From Chiloscyllium plagiosum (taxonomy: Eukaryota): a stretch of 20,000 nucleotides of DNA. The translations under genes were made by a program, and so were the position numbers. The notes below the pieces were generated by a model that worked only from the letters and a program-made list of their open reading frames with translations, had not been told where the DNA came from and made no database searches. The DNA is taken from assembly GCF_004010195.1 (NCBI RefSeq), contig NC_057757.1, positions 230,163 to 250,162 on the forward strand. The letters run 5' to 3'. This document shows positions 9,468 to 20,000 of this stretch, piece after piece (position 1 is the stretch's first letter; every line of letters begins with the position of its first letter).

Positions 9468-10287
9468 TACTGTTGGAGTGAGCACTGTTGGAGAGTCAGT
9501 ACTGAGGGAGCACCGCACTGTCAGTGGGTCAGTGCTGAGGGAGCACCGCACTGTCAGAGGTCCATGCTGAGGGAGTGGGCACTGTCGGAGGGTCAGTGCT
9601 GAGGGAGTGTGCACAGTCGAAGGGTCAGTGTTGTGGGAGTGCCGCACTTTCGGAGGGTCAGTGCTGAGGGAATGCCGCACTGTCGGAGGGTCAGTGCTGA
9701 GGGAGTGCTGCACTGTCGGAGGGTCAGTGCTGAGGGAGTGATGTACTGTCGGTGGGTCAGTACTGAGGGAGCACCACACTGTCACAGGGTCAGCGCAGAG
9801 GGTCAGTGCTGAGGGAGTGGGCACTGTCGGAGGGTCAGTGTTGAAGGAGTGCCGCATTGTCAGAGGGTTAGTGCTGAGGGAGTGCTGCACTATTGGAGTG
9901 TCACTGCTGAGGGATTGCCGCACTATCAGAGGATCAGTTCTGAGGGAGTGAGCACTGTTGGAGGGTTAGTGCTGTGGGAGTACCCCACTGTTGGAGGGTC
10001 TGTGCTGAGGGAGTGCTGCACTATCGGAGGGTCAGTTCTGAGGGAATGGGCACTGTTGGAGGGTTAGTGCTGTGGGAGCGCTGCACTGTTAGAGGATCAG
10101 TGCTGTGGGAGTGCCGCACTGTCGGGGGGTCAGTGCTGTGGGATTACTGCACTATCAGAGGGTCAGTGCTGAGGGAGTGGGCACTGTTGGAGGGTTAGTG
10201 CTGTGGGAGTACTGCACTATCGGAGGGTCAGTGCTGTGGGAGTGCCACAATGTCGGAGGGTCAGTACTGAGGGAGCACTGCACTGTC
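9468..10287. repeat. 32/33-bp GC-rich minisatellite, about 25 units, moderately diverged
   Basis: Unit CAGTGCTGAGGGAGTGCCGCACTGTCGGAGGGT. Confidence 0.97.
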
Positions 10288-10600
10288 ACACAGTGGCTTG
10301 ACTGTACTGTCAGGATACTTCAGTCTTCAGAGACCAAACCAAGGCCTGTTTGAACTATCTTATAAAAAATTCCCAGTTTATCATGAATAACTGAATTCTA
10401 TCTTTTATATCTCTCCGCAACATCTCTCAGGAAAGTAAATTAACAGGTCACTGTCATTTAGCTATTTGTGGGAGCTTGCTGTGCCGAAATTGACTGCTTT
10501 GTTCCTGACATCAGTAGGAGGCTGACACTTCTAAAATAGGTCTCTGGTTATGAAGCCCTCAGAGATCCTCGGAGGTGGGGAAATTTGCTGCAAGGTTTGG
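10260..10600 (+). mobile_element. Decayed Deu-domain SINE (SacSINE1-like) body continuing from the minisatellite
   Basis: CAGTACTGAGGGAGCACTGCACTGTC..AAACCAAGGCCTGT, then GCTATTTGTGGGAGCTTGCTGTGCCGAAATTGACTGC..ACACTTCTAAAA..TGGTTATGAAGC. This resembles the shark Deu-SINE as I recall it; not aligned. Confidence 0.6.
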
Positions 10601-10713
10601 TCTCCTTCTTGAAGTGTTAGTTTTTCAGTGAGAACTCGCAGGTACATCCAGCACTATCCTGTCTCAGCACAATACACAGACCTCCCTTGCCTTTTCACCC
10701 TGCTGAAAAACAG

Positions 10714-10781
10714 ATCTGCAGTTTAATGCTTTATTGAAGTCTTGCAAATGGTCAAATGAGGAAGGAAGGCTGTATGTCACA
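10714..10781 (+). CDS. Candidate 68-bp internal coding exon of an unidentified host gene
   Basis: Pyrimidine tract (10681-10701), then CAG| acceptor and ACA|GTGAGT donor. Only one frame is open (xLQFNALLKSCKWSNEEGRLYVT). It lies in the only apparently non-repetitive island. No homology recognised. Confidence 0.25.
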
Positions 10782-11964
10782 GTGAGTGGTACGACTCATG
10801 AGCAGCAGCAACGAGAAGCGAGATAGTCTCATGTTCTGCAGATTCCAGCCCAGCGTGCTGGGCAGCAGCTCAGTCAGGGCTCTGTCACCTCCAGCCAATA
10901 GGCTCATTCTGACACTCACAAAAAACCCTGGTCTCATTGGCAATGCACGTTCAGCGTGAGTCCTCAGTGCAGACACAGGCCTGTCCTGTGGGACATTGGC
11001 CTGCCATATGCCAAGTAGCAATGGTCACTGTGTGAGGGTCAGCAACAGTCCCTGTGTGAGGGTCATTATCAGTCTCTGTGTGAGGGTCAGTATCAGTCTC
11101 TGTATGAGGGTCAGCATCAGTCACTGTGTGTGGGTCAGTATCAGTCTCTGTGTGTGGGTCAGTATCAGTCTCTGTGTGTGGGTCAGTATCGGTCTCTGTG
11201 TGAGGGTCAGTATCAGTCACTGTGTGTGGGTCAGTATCGGTCTCTCTGTGTGGGTCAGTATCAGTCATTGTGTGTGGGTCAGTATCAGTCTCTGTGTGTG
11301 GGAAAGTGTCAGTCTCTGTGTAAGGGTCAGTATCAGTCTCTGTGTGATGGTCAGTATCAGTCTCTGTGTGAGGGTCAGTGTCAGTCTCTGTGCGGTGGTC
11401 AGTGTCAGTCTCTGTGCGGTGGTCAGTATCTGTCTCTGTGTGTGGGTCGGTATGGATCTCTGTGTGTGGGTCAGTATCGGTATCTGTGTGAGGGTCAGTA
11501 TCGGTCTCTGTGTGTGGATCAGTATCAGTCTCTGTGTGAGGGTCAGTATCAGTCTGTGTGTGTGGGTCAGTATCAGTCTCTGTGTGTGGGTCAGTATCGG
11601 TCTCTGTGTGAGGGTCAGTGTCAGTCTCTGTGTGGTGGTCAGTATCGGTCTCTGTGTGTGGGTCAGTATCAGTGGGTCAGTATGAGTCTCTGTGTGTGGG
11701 TCAGTATCGGTATCTGTGTGAGGGTCAGTATCGGTCTCTGTGTGTGGGTCAGTATCAGTCTGTGTGTGAGGGTCAGTATCAGTCTGTGTGTGTGGGTCAG
11801 TATCGGTCTCTGTGTGTGGGTCAGTATCAGTCATTGTGTGTGGGTCAGTATCAGTCTCTGTGTGTGGGAAAGTGTCAGGCTCTGTGTAAGGGTCAGTGTC
11901 AGTCTCTGAGTGATGGTCAGTATCAGTCTCTGTGTGATGGTCAGTATCAGTCTATGTGTGAGGG

Positions 11965-12287
11965 TTAGATTTGATTAGATTACATTACATTACAGCGCGG
12001 AAACAGGCCCTTCGGCCCAACTAGTCCACACCGACCCGCCGAAACGCAACCCACCCATGCCCCTACATTTACCCCTTACCTAACACTACGGGCAATTTAG
12101 CATGGCCAATTCACCTAACCTGCACATCTTTGGACTATGGGAGGAAACCGGAGCACCCGGAGGAAACCCACGCAGACACGGGGAGAATGTGCAAACTCCA
12201 CACAGACAGTTGCCTGAGGCAGGAATTGAACCCTGGTCTCTGGCGCTGAGAGGCAGCAGTGCTAACCACTGTGCCACCGTGCTGCCC
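11965..12287 (-). mobile_element. Full-length young V-SINE (HE1-like), copy 1
   Basis: Minus strand: GGGCAGCACGGTGGCACAGTGGTTAGC (box A), GGTTCAATTCC (box B), V-domain, 3' GGGCCGAAGGGCCTGTTTCC and a (TAATG/TAATC)n tail. Confidence 0.95.
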
Positions 12288-14074
12288 ACCAGTCAGTGTC
12301 AGTCTCTGTGTGTTGGTCAGTGTCAGTCTCTGTGTGATGGTCAGTATCAGTCTCTGTGTGTGGGTCAGTATCAGTCTCTGTGTGATGGTCAGTATCAGTC
12401 TCTGTGTGTGGGTCAGTATCGGTCTCTGTGTGAGAGTCAGTATCAGTCTCTGTGTGTGGGTCAGTATCGGTCTCTGTGTGGGTCAGTATCGATCTCTGTG
12501 TGTGGGTCAGTATCGGTCTGTGTGTATGGGTCAGTGTCAGTATCTGTGTGTGGGTCAGTATCAGTCTCTGTGTGAGGTTCAGTATCAGTCTCTGTGTGTG
12601 GGTCAGTATCAGTCAGTGTGTGTGAGGGTCTGTATCAGTGTCTGTGTGTGGGTCAGTATCAGTCTCTCTATGATGGTCGGTATCAGTCTCTGTGTGTGGG
12701 TCAGAACCAGTCTGTGTGTGAGGGTCAGTATCAGTCTCTTTGTGTGGGTCACCATTGGTCTCTGTGTGAGGGTCACCATTGGTCTCTGTGTGAGGGTCAG
12801 TATCAGTCTGTGTGTGTGGGTCAGTATCAGTCTCTGTGTGAGGGTCATTGTCAGTCTCTGTATGAGGGTCAGTATCAGTCACTGTGTGTGAGGGTCTGTA
12901 TCAGTGTCTGTGTGAGGGTCAGTATCAGTCTCTGTGTGTGGGTCAGTATCAGTCTCTCTATGATGGTCGGTATCAGTCTCTGTGTGTGGGTCAGAACCAG
13001 TCTGTGTGTGTTGGTCAGTATCAGTCTCTGTGTGAGGGTCAGTATAAGTCTCTGTGTGTGGGTCAGTATCAGTCTCTGTGTGAGGGTCATTGTCAGTCTC
13101 TCTATGAGGGTCAGTATCAGTCACTGTTTGTGGATCTGTATCAGTCTCTGTGTGAGGGTCAGTGTCAATCTCTGTGTGAGAGTCAGTGTCAGTCCCAGTG
13201 TAAGGGTCATTGTCAGTCTCAGTGTGAGGATCAGTACTATCATTGTGTGTGGGTTAGTATCAGTCTCTGTGTGTTCAGTGTCAGTCTCTGTGTGAGGGTC
13301 AGTGTCAGTCTTTGTGTGGGGGTTAGTATCGGTCTCTGTGTGTGGGTCAGCATCAGTCTCTGTGTGTTCAGTGTCAGTGTCTGTGTGAGGGTCAGTGTCA
13401 GTGTCTGTGTGGGGGTTAGTATTGGTCTCTGTGTGTGGGTCAGCATCAGTCTCTGTGTGGGGGTCAGTATCAGTCTCTGTGTGAGGGTCAGTGTCAGTTC
13501 TGTGTGAGGGTCAGTATCAGTCTGTGTGTGGGTCAGTGTCGGTCTCTCTGTGAGGGTCAGTTCAGTCTCTGTGTGAAGGTCAGTGTCAGTTTTGTGTGAG
13601 GGTCAATATCAGTCTCTGTGTGTGGGTCAATGTCAATCTGTGTGAGGGTCAGTATCAGTCTGTGTGTGTTGATCAGTATCAGTCTCTGTGTGAGGGTCAG
13701 TATTTGTCTTTGTGTGTAGGTCAGTGTCAGTGTCTGTGTGAGGAGCAGTATCAGTCTCTGTGCGTGGGTCAGTATCGGGCTCTGTGTGTGGGTCAGTATC
13801 AGTCTCTGTGCGTGGGTCAGTATCAGTCTCTGTGTGAGGGTCAGTATTTGTCTTTGTGTGTGGGTCAGTGTCAGTGTCTGTGTGAGGGTCAGTATCAGTC
13901 TCTGTGTGAGGGTCAGTATCTGTCTCTGTGTGTGGGTCAGTATCAGTCTCTGTGTGTGGGAAAGTGTCAGGCTCTGTGTAAGGGTCAGTGTCAGGCTCTG
14001 TGTGATGGTCAGTATCAGTCTCTGTGTGATGGTCAGTGTCAGTCTCTGTGTGATGGTCAGTATCTGTGTGAGGG

Positions 14075-14397
14075 TTAAATTAGATTAGATTAGATTACAT
14101 TACAGCGTGGAAACAGGCCCTTCGGCCCAACAAGTCCACACCGACCCGCCGAAACGCAACCCACCCATGCCCCTACATTTACCCCTTACCTAACACTACG
14201 GGCAATTTAGCATGGCCAATTCACCTGACCTGCACATCTTTGGACTGTGGGAGGAAACCGGAGCACCCGGAGGAAACCCACGCAGACACGGGGAGAATGT
14301 GCAAACTCCACACAGTCAGTCGCCTGAGGCAGGAATTGAACCCGGGTCTCAGGCGCTGAGAGGCAGCAGTGCTAACCACTGTGCCACCGTGCTGCCC
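14075..14397 (-). mobile_element. Full-length young V-SINE (HE1-like), copy 2
   Basis: About 97% identical to copy 1 by eye, with the same boxes, tail and flanks. Confidence 0.95.
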
Positions 14398-15294
14398 ACC
14401 AGTCAGTGTCAGTCTCTGTGTGATGGTCAATGTCAGTCTCTGTGTGATGGTCAGTATCAGTCTCTGTGTGTGGGTCATTATCAGTCTCTGTGTGTGGGTC
14501 AGTATCGGTCTGTGTGTGTGGGTCAGTGTCAGTATCTGTGTGTGGGTCAGTATCAGTCTCTGTGTGTGAGTCAGTATCAGTCTGTGAGTGTGGGTCAGTA
14601 TCGGTGACTCTGTGTGAGGTTCAGTATCAGTCTCTGTTTGATGGTCAGTATCAGTCTGTGTGTGTGGGTCAGTGTCAGTCTCTGTGTGTGGGAAAGTGTC
14701 AGTCTCTGTGTGAGGGTCAGTGTCGGACTCTGTGTGATGGTCAGTATCAGTCTCTGTGTGAGGGTCAGTGTTAGTCTCTGTGTGATGGTCAGTATCAGTC
14801 ACTGTGTGTGGGTCAGTGTCAGTCTCTGTGTGTAGGTCAGTATCGGTCTCTGTGTGTGGGTCAGTATCGGTCTCTGTGTGTGGGTCAGTATCGGTCTCTG
14901 TGTGAGGGTCTGTATCAGTGTCTGTGTGAGGGTCAGTACCAGTCTCTGTGTGTGGGTCAGTATCAGTCTCTCTATGATGGTCGGTATCAGTCTCTGTGTG
15001 TGGGTCAGAACCAGTCTGTGTGTGAGGGTCAGTATCAGTCTCTTTGTGTGGGTCAGTATCGGTCTCTGTGTGAGGGTCAGCATTGGTCTCTGTGTGTGGG
15101 TCGGTATCAGTCTCTGTGTGTGGGTCGGTATCAGTCTCTGTGTGTGGGTCAGTATCTGTCTCTGTGTGAGTGTCAGTATTAGTCTCTGTGTGTGGGTCAG
15201 TATCGGTGACTGTGGGTCAGTATATGTCTCTGTGTGAGGGTCAGTATCAGTCTCTGTGTGAGGGTCAGTGTCAGTCTCTGTGTGAGTGTTCGTA

Positions 15295-17313
15295 GTAGAG
15301 GACACTGGAACCTCCCACCCTCACAACGCGCAGCCCTCCACTCTCTCTGCTCCAACCCCAACCTCACCATCAATCTCTCAGACAAGGAGGGTGCATGGTC
15401 AATGTTTGTCGCACTGACGTCTACACCGCTGAAGCCAAACGCCAACTCGAGGACACCTCTTCCTACCGCCCCCTCGACCATGACCCCAACCCCCCCCATC
15501 ACCAAACCATCATCTCCCAGACCACACACAACCTCATCACCTCAGGAGATCTCTCACCCACAGCTTCCAACCTCATAGTCCGGCAACCCCGCACTGCCCG
15601 GTTCTACCTCCTTCCCAAGATCCCCAAGCCTGACCACTCTGGCTGACCCATTGTCTCAGCATGCTCCTGCCTCAACGAACCCATCTCCACCTACCTCGAC
15701 ACTGTCCTATCCCCCCTAGTTCAGGAACTCCCCACATACGTTCGAGACACCACCCACACCCTCCACCTCCTCCAAGACTTCCGTTTCCCCGGCCCCCAAT
15801 GCCTCATCTTCACCATGGATATCCAATCCCTCTACACCTCCATCCGCCATGACCAGGGCCTCCAAGCCCTCCGTTTTTTCCCCTCCAGACGTTCCCAACA
15901 GTACCCCTCCACCAACACTCTCATTCGTTTGGCCGAACTCGTCCTCACCCTTAACAATTTCTCCTTTGAATCCTCCCACTTCCTCCAAACCAAAGGNNNN
16001 NNNNNNNNNNNNNNNNNNNNNNNNNNNNNNNNNNNNNNNNNNNNNNNNNNNNNNNNNNNNNNNNNNNNNNNNNNNNNNNNNNNNNNNNNNNNNNNNNNNN
16101 NNNNNNNNNNNNNNNNNNNNNNNNNNNCTACATTGATGACTGCATTGGCGCCACCTTGTGCTCCCGCGAGGAGGTTGAGCAATTCATCAACTTCACCAAC
16201 ACATTCCACCCCGACCTTAAATTCACCTGGACCATCTCTGACACCTCCCTCCCCTTCCTGGACCTCTCCATCTCCATCCACGAGGACCAACTTGACACTG
16301 ACATGTTTTACAAACCCATAGCTGCCTGGATTACACCTCCTACCACCCTACCTCCTGCAAAAATGCCATCCCGTATTCCCAATTCCTCCGCCTCCGCCGT
16401 ATCTGCCTCCCAGGAGGACCAGTTCCACCACAAAACACACCAGATGGCCTCCTTCTTTAAAGACCATAATTTCCCTTTCCACGTGGTTAAAGATGCCCTC
16501 CAACGCATCTCATCTACATCCCACACCTCCGCCCTCAGACCCCATCCCTCCAACCGTAAAAAGGACAGAACCCCCCTGGTGCTCAACTTCCACTTCACCA
16601 ACCTCCGCATAAACCACATCATCCGCCAACGTTTCCGTCACCTCCAAACGGACCCCACCACCAGGGGTATATTTCCCTGCCCACCGCTTTCCGCAAAGAC
16701 CGTTCCCTCCGTGACTACCTGGTCAGGTCCACGCCCCCCCACAACCCACCCTCCCATCCTGGCACCTTCCCCTGCCACCGCAGGAATTGCAAAACCTGTG
16801 CCCACACCTCCCCCCTCACCTCCATCCAAGGCCCCAAAGGAGCCTTCCACATCCATCAAAGTTTTACCTGCACATCCACCAATATCATTTATTGTATCCG
16901 TTGCTCCCGATGCGGTCTTCACTACACTGGGGAGACTGGACGCCTCCTAGCAGAACGCTTTAGGGAACATCTCCGGGACACCCGCACCAATCAACCACAC
17001 CGCCCCGTGGCCCAACATTTCAACTCCCCCTACCACTCTGCAAAAGACATGCAGATCCTGGGTCTCCTCCATCGCCACTCCCTCACCACCCGACGCCTGG
17101 AGGAAGAACGCCTCGTCTTCCGGCTTGGGACCCTCCAACCCCAGGGCATCAATGTGGACTTCACCAGTTTCCTCATTTCCCCTCCCCCCACCTCACCTCA
17201 ATTCCAGCCTTCCAGCTCAGCACCATCCTCTTGACCTGTCCGAAAGGTTGATTTTCCTGCTCCTCGGATGTTGCCTGACCTGCTGTGCTTTTCCAGCACC
17301 ACTCTAATCTAGA
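15295..17313 (+). mobile_element. Penelope-like retroelement (Neptune-type), 5'-truncated RT + GIY-YIG endonuclease pseudogene with partial pLTR
   Basis: RT motifs FYLLPKIPKP, PIVS, YVRDT, TMDIQSLYTSI, LTLNNFSF, YIDD, LPFLDL, KNAIPYSQFLRLRRI. Cys linker CHRRNCKTCAH. Endonuclease FTCTSTNIIYCIRCSRCGLHYTGETGR..ERFREH..VAQHFN..EE..LGTLQPQGIN. Frameshifts and stops are present. Confidence 0.93.
15997..16127. other. Assembly gap (131 N)
   Basis: N run between FLQTKG and YIDD; roughly the size of the missing RT segment. Confidence 1.
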
Positions 17314-17319
17314 CACATC

Positions 17320-19480
17320 ATTATTGGGCAATGTATACTGTCCACTACAGGTCCTTTTGGGCTGGTCACTATTGATCGTTGGATGCTGGTTAAGATTGGT
17401 GAGTGTGCTGGTCACGATGAATACATGGGCGCTGCTCAATGTATGCAGCTAACAAATAGCCAGGGTGTGCTCTCACTATTGGTTGGTCATGTACTGGCCA
17501 CTATTTATCCCTGTGTTCTATTCACTGTCACTCAGTGAGTACTGCTCACTATGGCTCCCAATGTGTGCTGGTCACTAATGGTCACTGTGTGCTGATCAGT
17601 ATAGTTCACCATTTGCTGGTCACTATGGGTCCTACTGTGTGCTGGTCAACATTGCTCACCATGTGCTGGCCACTATAGGTCTCAGTGAGTGCTGGTCACT
17701 ATTGCTCACCATGTGCTGGTCACTATTGGTCACAGTGTGTGCTGGTCACTATAGGTCACAGTGTGTGCTGGTCACTATTGTTCACCATGTGTTGGTCACT
17801 ATAGGTCACAGTGTGTGCTGATCACTATTGCTCACCATGTGCTGGTCACTATAGGTCACAGTGTGTGTTGGTCACTATTGCTCACCATGTGCTGGTCACT
17901 ATAGGTCTCAGTGTGTGTTGGTCACTATAGGTCTCAGTGTGTGTTGGTCACTATTGGTCACAGTGTGTGCTGGTCACTATTGTTCACCATGTGTTGGTCA
18001 CTATAGGTCACAGTGTGTGCTGGTCACTATAGGTCTCAGTGTGTGCTGATCACTATTGTTCACCATGTGCTGGTCACTATAGGTCACAGTGTGTGTTGGT
18101 CACTATAGGTCTCAGTGTGTGCTGATCACTATTGTTCACCATGTGCTGGTCACTATAGGTCTCAGTGTGTGTTGGTCACTATAGATCTCAGTGTGTGCTT
18201 ATCACTATTGTTCACCATGTGCTGGTCACTATAGGTCACGGTGTGTGTTGGTCACTATAGGTCTCAGTGTGTGCTTATCACTATTGTTCACCATGTGCTG
18301 GTCACTATAGGTCACAGTGTGTGTTGGTCACTATAGATCTCAGTGTGTGCTTATCACTATTGTTCACCATGTGCTGGTCACTATAGGTCATGGTGTGTGT
18401 TGGTCACTATAGGTCTCAGTGTGTGCTTATCACTATTGTTCACCATGTGCTGGTCACTATAGGTCACAGTGTGTGTTGGTCACTATTGCTCACCATGTGT
18501 TGGTCACTATAGGTCTCAGTGTGTGCTTATCACTATTGCTCACCATGTGTTGGTCACTATAGGTCTCAGTGTGTGCTTATCACTATTGTTCACCATGTGC
18601 TGGTCACTATAGGTCTCAGTGTGTGCTGGTAACTATTGTTCACCATGTGTTGGTCACTATAGGTCACAGTGTGTGTTGGTCACTGTAGTTTACCATGTGT
18701 TGGTCACTATAGGTCACAGTGTGTTCTGGTCACTATTGTTCACCATGTGCTGGCCACTATTGGTCTCAGTGTGTGCTGGTCACTATTGGTCTCAGTGTGT
18801 GCTGGTCACTATTGGTCATCATGTGCTGGTCACTATAGGTCACAGTGTGTTCTGGTCACTATTGTTAACCATGTGTTGGTCACTATAGGCCCCAGTGGTG
18901 CTTGTCACTATTGTTCACCACGTGCTGGTCACTATAAGTCACAGTGTGTGCTGGTAACTATTGTTCACCATGTGTTGGTCACTATAGGTCACAGTGTGTG
19001 TTGGTCACAGTAGTTTACCATGTGCTGGTCACTACAGTTTACCATGTGCTGGTCACTATAGGTCTCAGTGTGTGCTGGTCACTACAGTTTACCATGTGCT
19101 GGTCACTATAGGTCTCACTGTGGGCTGATCACTACAGTTTACCATGTGCTGGTCACTGTAGTTTACCATGTGCTGGTCACTATAGGTCTCAGTGTGTGCT
19201 GGTCACTACAGTTTACCATGTACTGGTCACTATAGGTCTCAGTGTGTGCTGGTCACTACAGTTTACCATGTGCTGGTCACTATAGGTCTCAGTGTCTGCT
19301 GGTCACTATAGTTTACCATGTGCTGGTCACTATAAGTCTCAGTGTGTGCTGGTCACTGTAGTTTACCATGTGCTGGTCACTATAGGTCTCACTGTGTGCT
19401 GGACAGTATTGGTCCAGATGTGTGCTAATCCCTATTGGTTGGTTGTTTATGGAGTATGATGAACATGGGCCTGGTCAGTG
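17320..19480. repeat. Composite 24/26-bp minisatellite (core about 17560-19400, about 70 units) with degenerate edges
   Basis: Unit A GGTCACTATAGGTC(A/T)CAGTGTGTG(C/T)T (26 bp) alternates with unit B GGTCACTATTGTTCACCATGTGCT (24 bp). Confidence 0.97.
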
Positions 19481-19539
19481 TCAAAGTTTCAGGCATTACG
19501 GGATTACACTGAAAGGGTTGGATGCTTTTCGGACGTGAA

Positions 19540-20000
19540 GGGGTTAGTGCTGAGGGAGAGCCACAGGGTCAGAGGGTCAGTGCTGAGGGAGTGGGCACTG
19601 TCGGGGGGTCAGTGCTGAGGGAGTGGGCACTGTCGGAGGGTCAAGACTGAGGGAGTGCCGCACTGTCGGAGGGTCAGTGCTGAGGGAGTGCCGCACTGTT
19701 GGAGGGTCAGTGCTGAGGGAGTGCCGCACTGTCGGAGGGTCAGAGCTGAGGGAGTGGGCACTGTCGGACGGTCAGTGCGGAGGGAGTGGGCACTGTCGGA
19801 GGGACAGTGCTGAGGGAGTGCCGCACTGTCGGAGGGTCAGTGCTGAGGGAGTGGGCACTGTCAGAGGGTCAGTGCAGAGGGAGTGCCGCAGTGTTGGAGG
19901 GTCTGTACTGAGGGAGCGCCGCACTGTCGGAGGGTCAGTGCTGAGGGAGTGCCGCACTGTCGGAGGGTCAGTGCTGAGGGAGTGCCGCACTGTCGGAGGG
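19540..20000. repeat. Second array of the 32/33-bp minisatellite, homogeneous, runs off the window
   Basis: CAGTGCTGAGGGAGTG(CC/G)GCACTGTCGGAGGGT repeated about 14 times. Confidence 0.97.

Larger units (their letters stand above)
11022..15288. repeat. 24-bp minisatellite, about 150 units, interrupted by two SINEs
   Basis: Unit GGGTCAGTATCAGTCTCTGTGTG(A/T). Confidence 0.98.

Noticed and set aside
9468..10287. 33-bp partly palindromic repeats as a CRISPR array (also 19540-20000)
   Set aside because: Head-to-tail units with no unique spacers, no cas genes, and a vertebrate context.
8157..10353. ORFs within the 53-bp and 33-bp arrays
   Set aside because: Translations of tandem repeats with no coding signal.
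10951..15305. Long ORFs with octapeptide repeats (CVGQYQSL, VWVSISLC, TDTDPHTE) resembling Cys-rich structural proteins
   Set aside because: They are by-products of a stop-poor 24-bp unit: open in several frames on both strands, frequently frameshifted and interrupted by SINEs.
15295..17200. Active or domesticated PLE, or telomerase-like gene
   Set aside because: In-frame stop near 15644 and several frameshifts; the GIY-YIG domain identifies an ordinary PLE.

Overview
Eukaryotic (vertebrate) DNA made almost entirely of transposon relics and minisatellites. The repeat families (HE1-type V-SINEs, a SacSINE1/Deu-like SINE, HER1/CR1 LINEs, a Neptune-type Penelope-like element) point to a cartilaginous fish, probably a shark; this is inferred from recalled family sequences, not from a search. 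No intact protein-coding gene is visible. 1-7440 is nested, decayed CR1-group LINE fragments plus a SINE. 7440-15290 and 17320-20000 hold four minisatellite families, two of which grew from inside SINEs. 15295-17313 is a decayed RT + GIY-YIG Penelope-like element containing a 131-N gap. The most interesting observations are: (i) two short insertions carrying a hammerhead-ribozyme core with covarying stem II and the Penelope terminus, one with a 16-bp target duplication and captured LINE cargo; (ii) an inverted local duplication preserving an otherwise lost CR1/SINE junction; (iii) SINE-born hairpin minisatellites; (iv) a SINE duplicated within a ~2.1-kb satellite block; (v) a satellite built of DR4-like nuclear-receptor motifs. 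One weak candidate host exon lies at 10714-10781. I cannot claim a new biological system; most components belong to known families.
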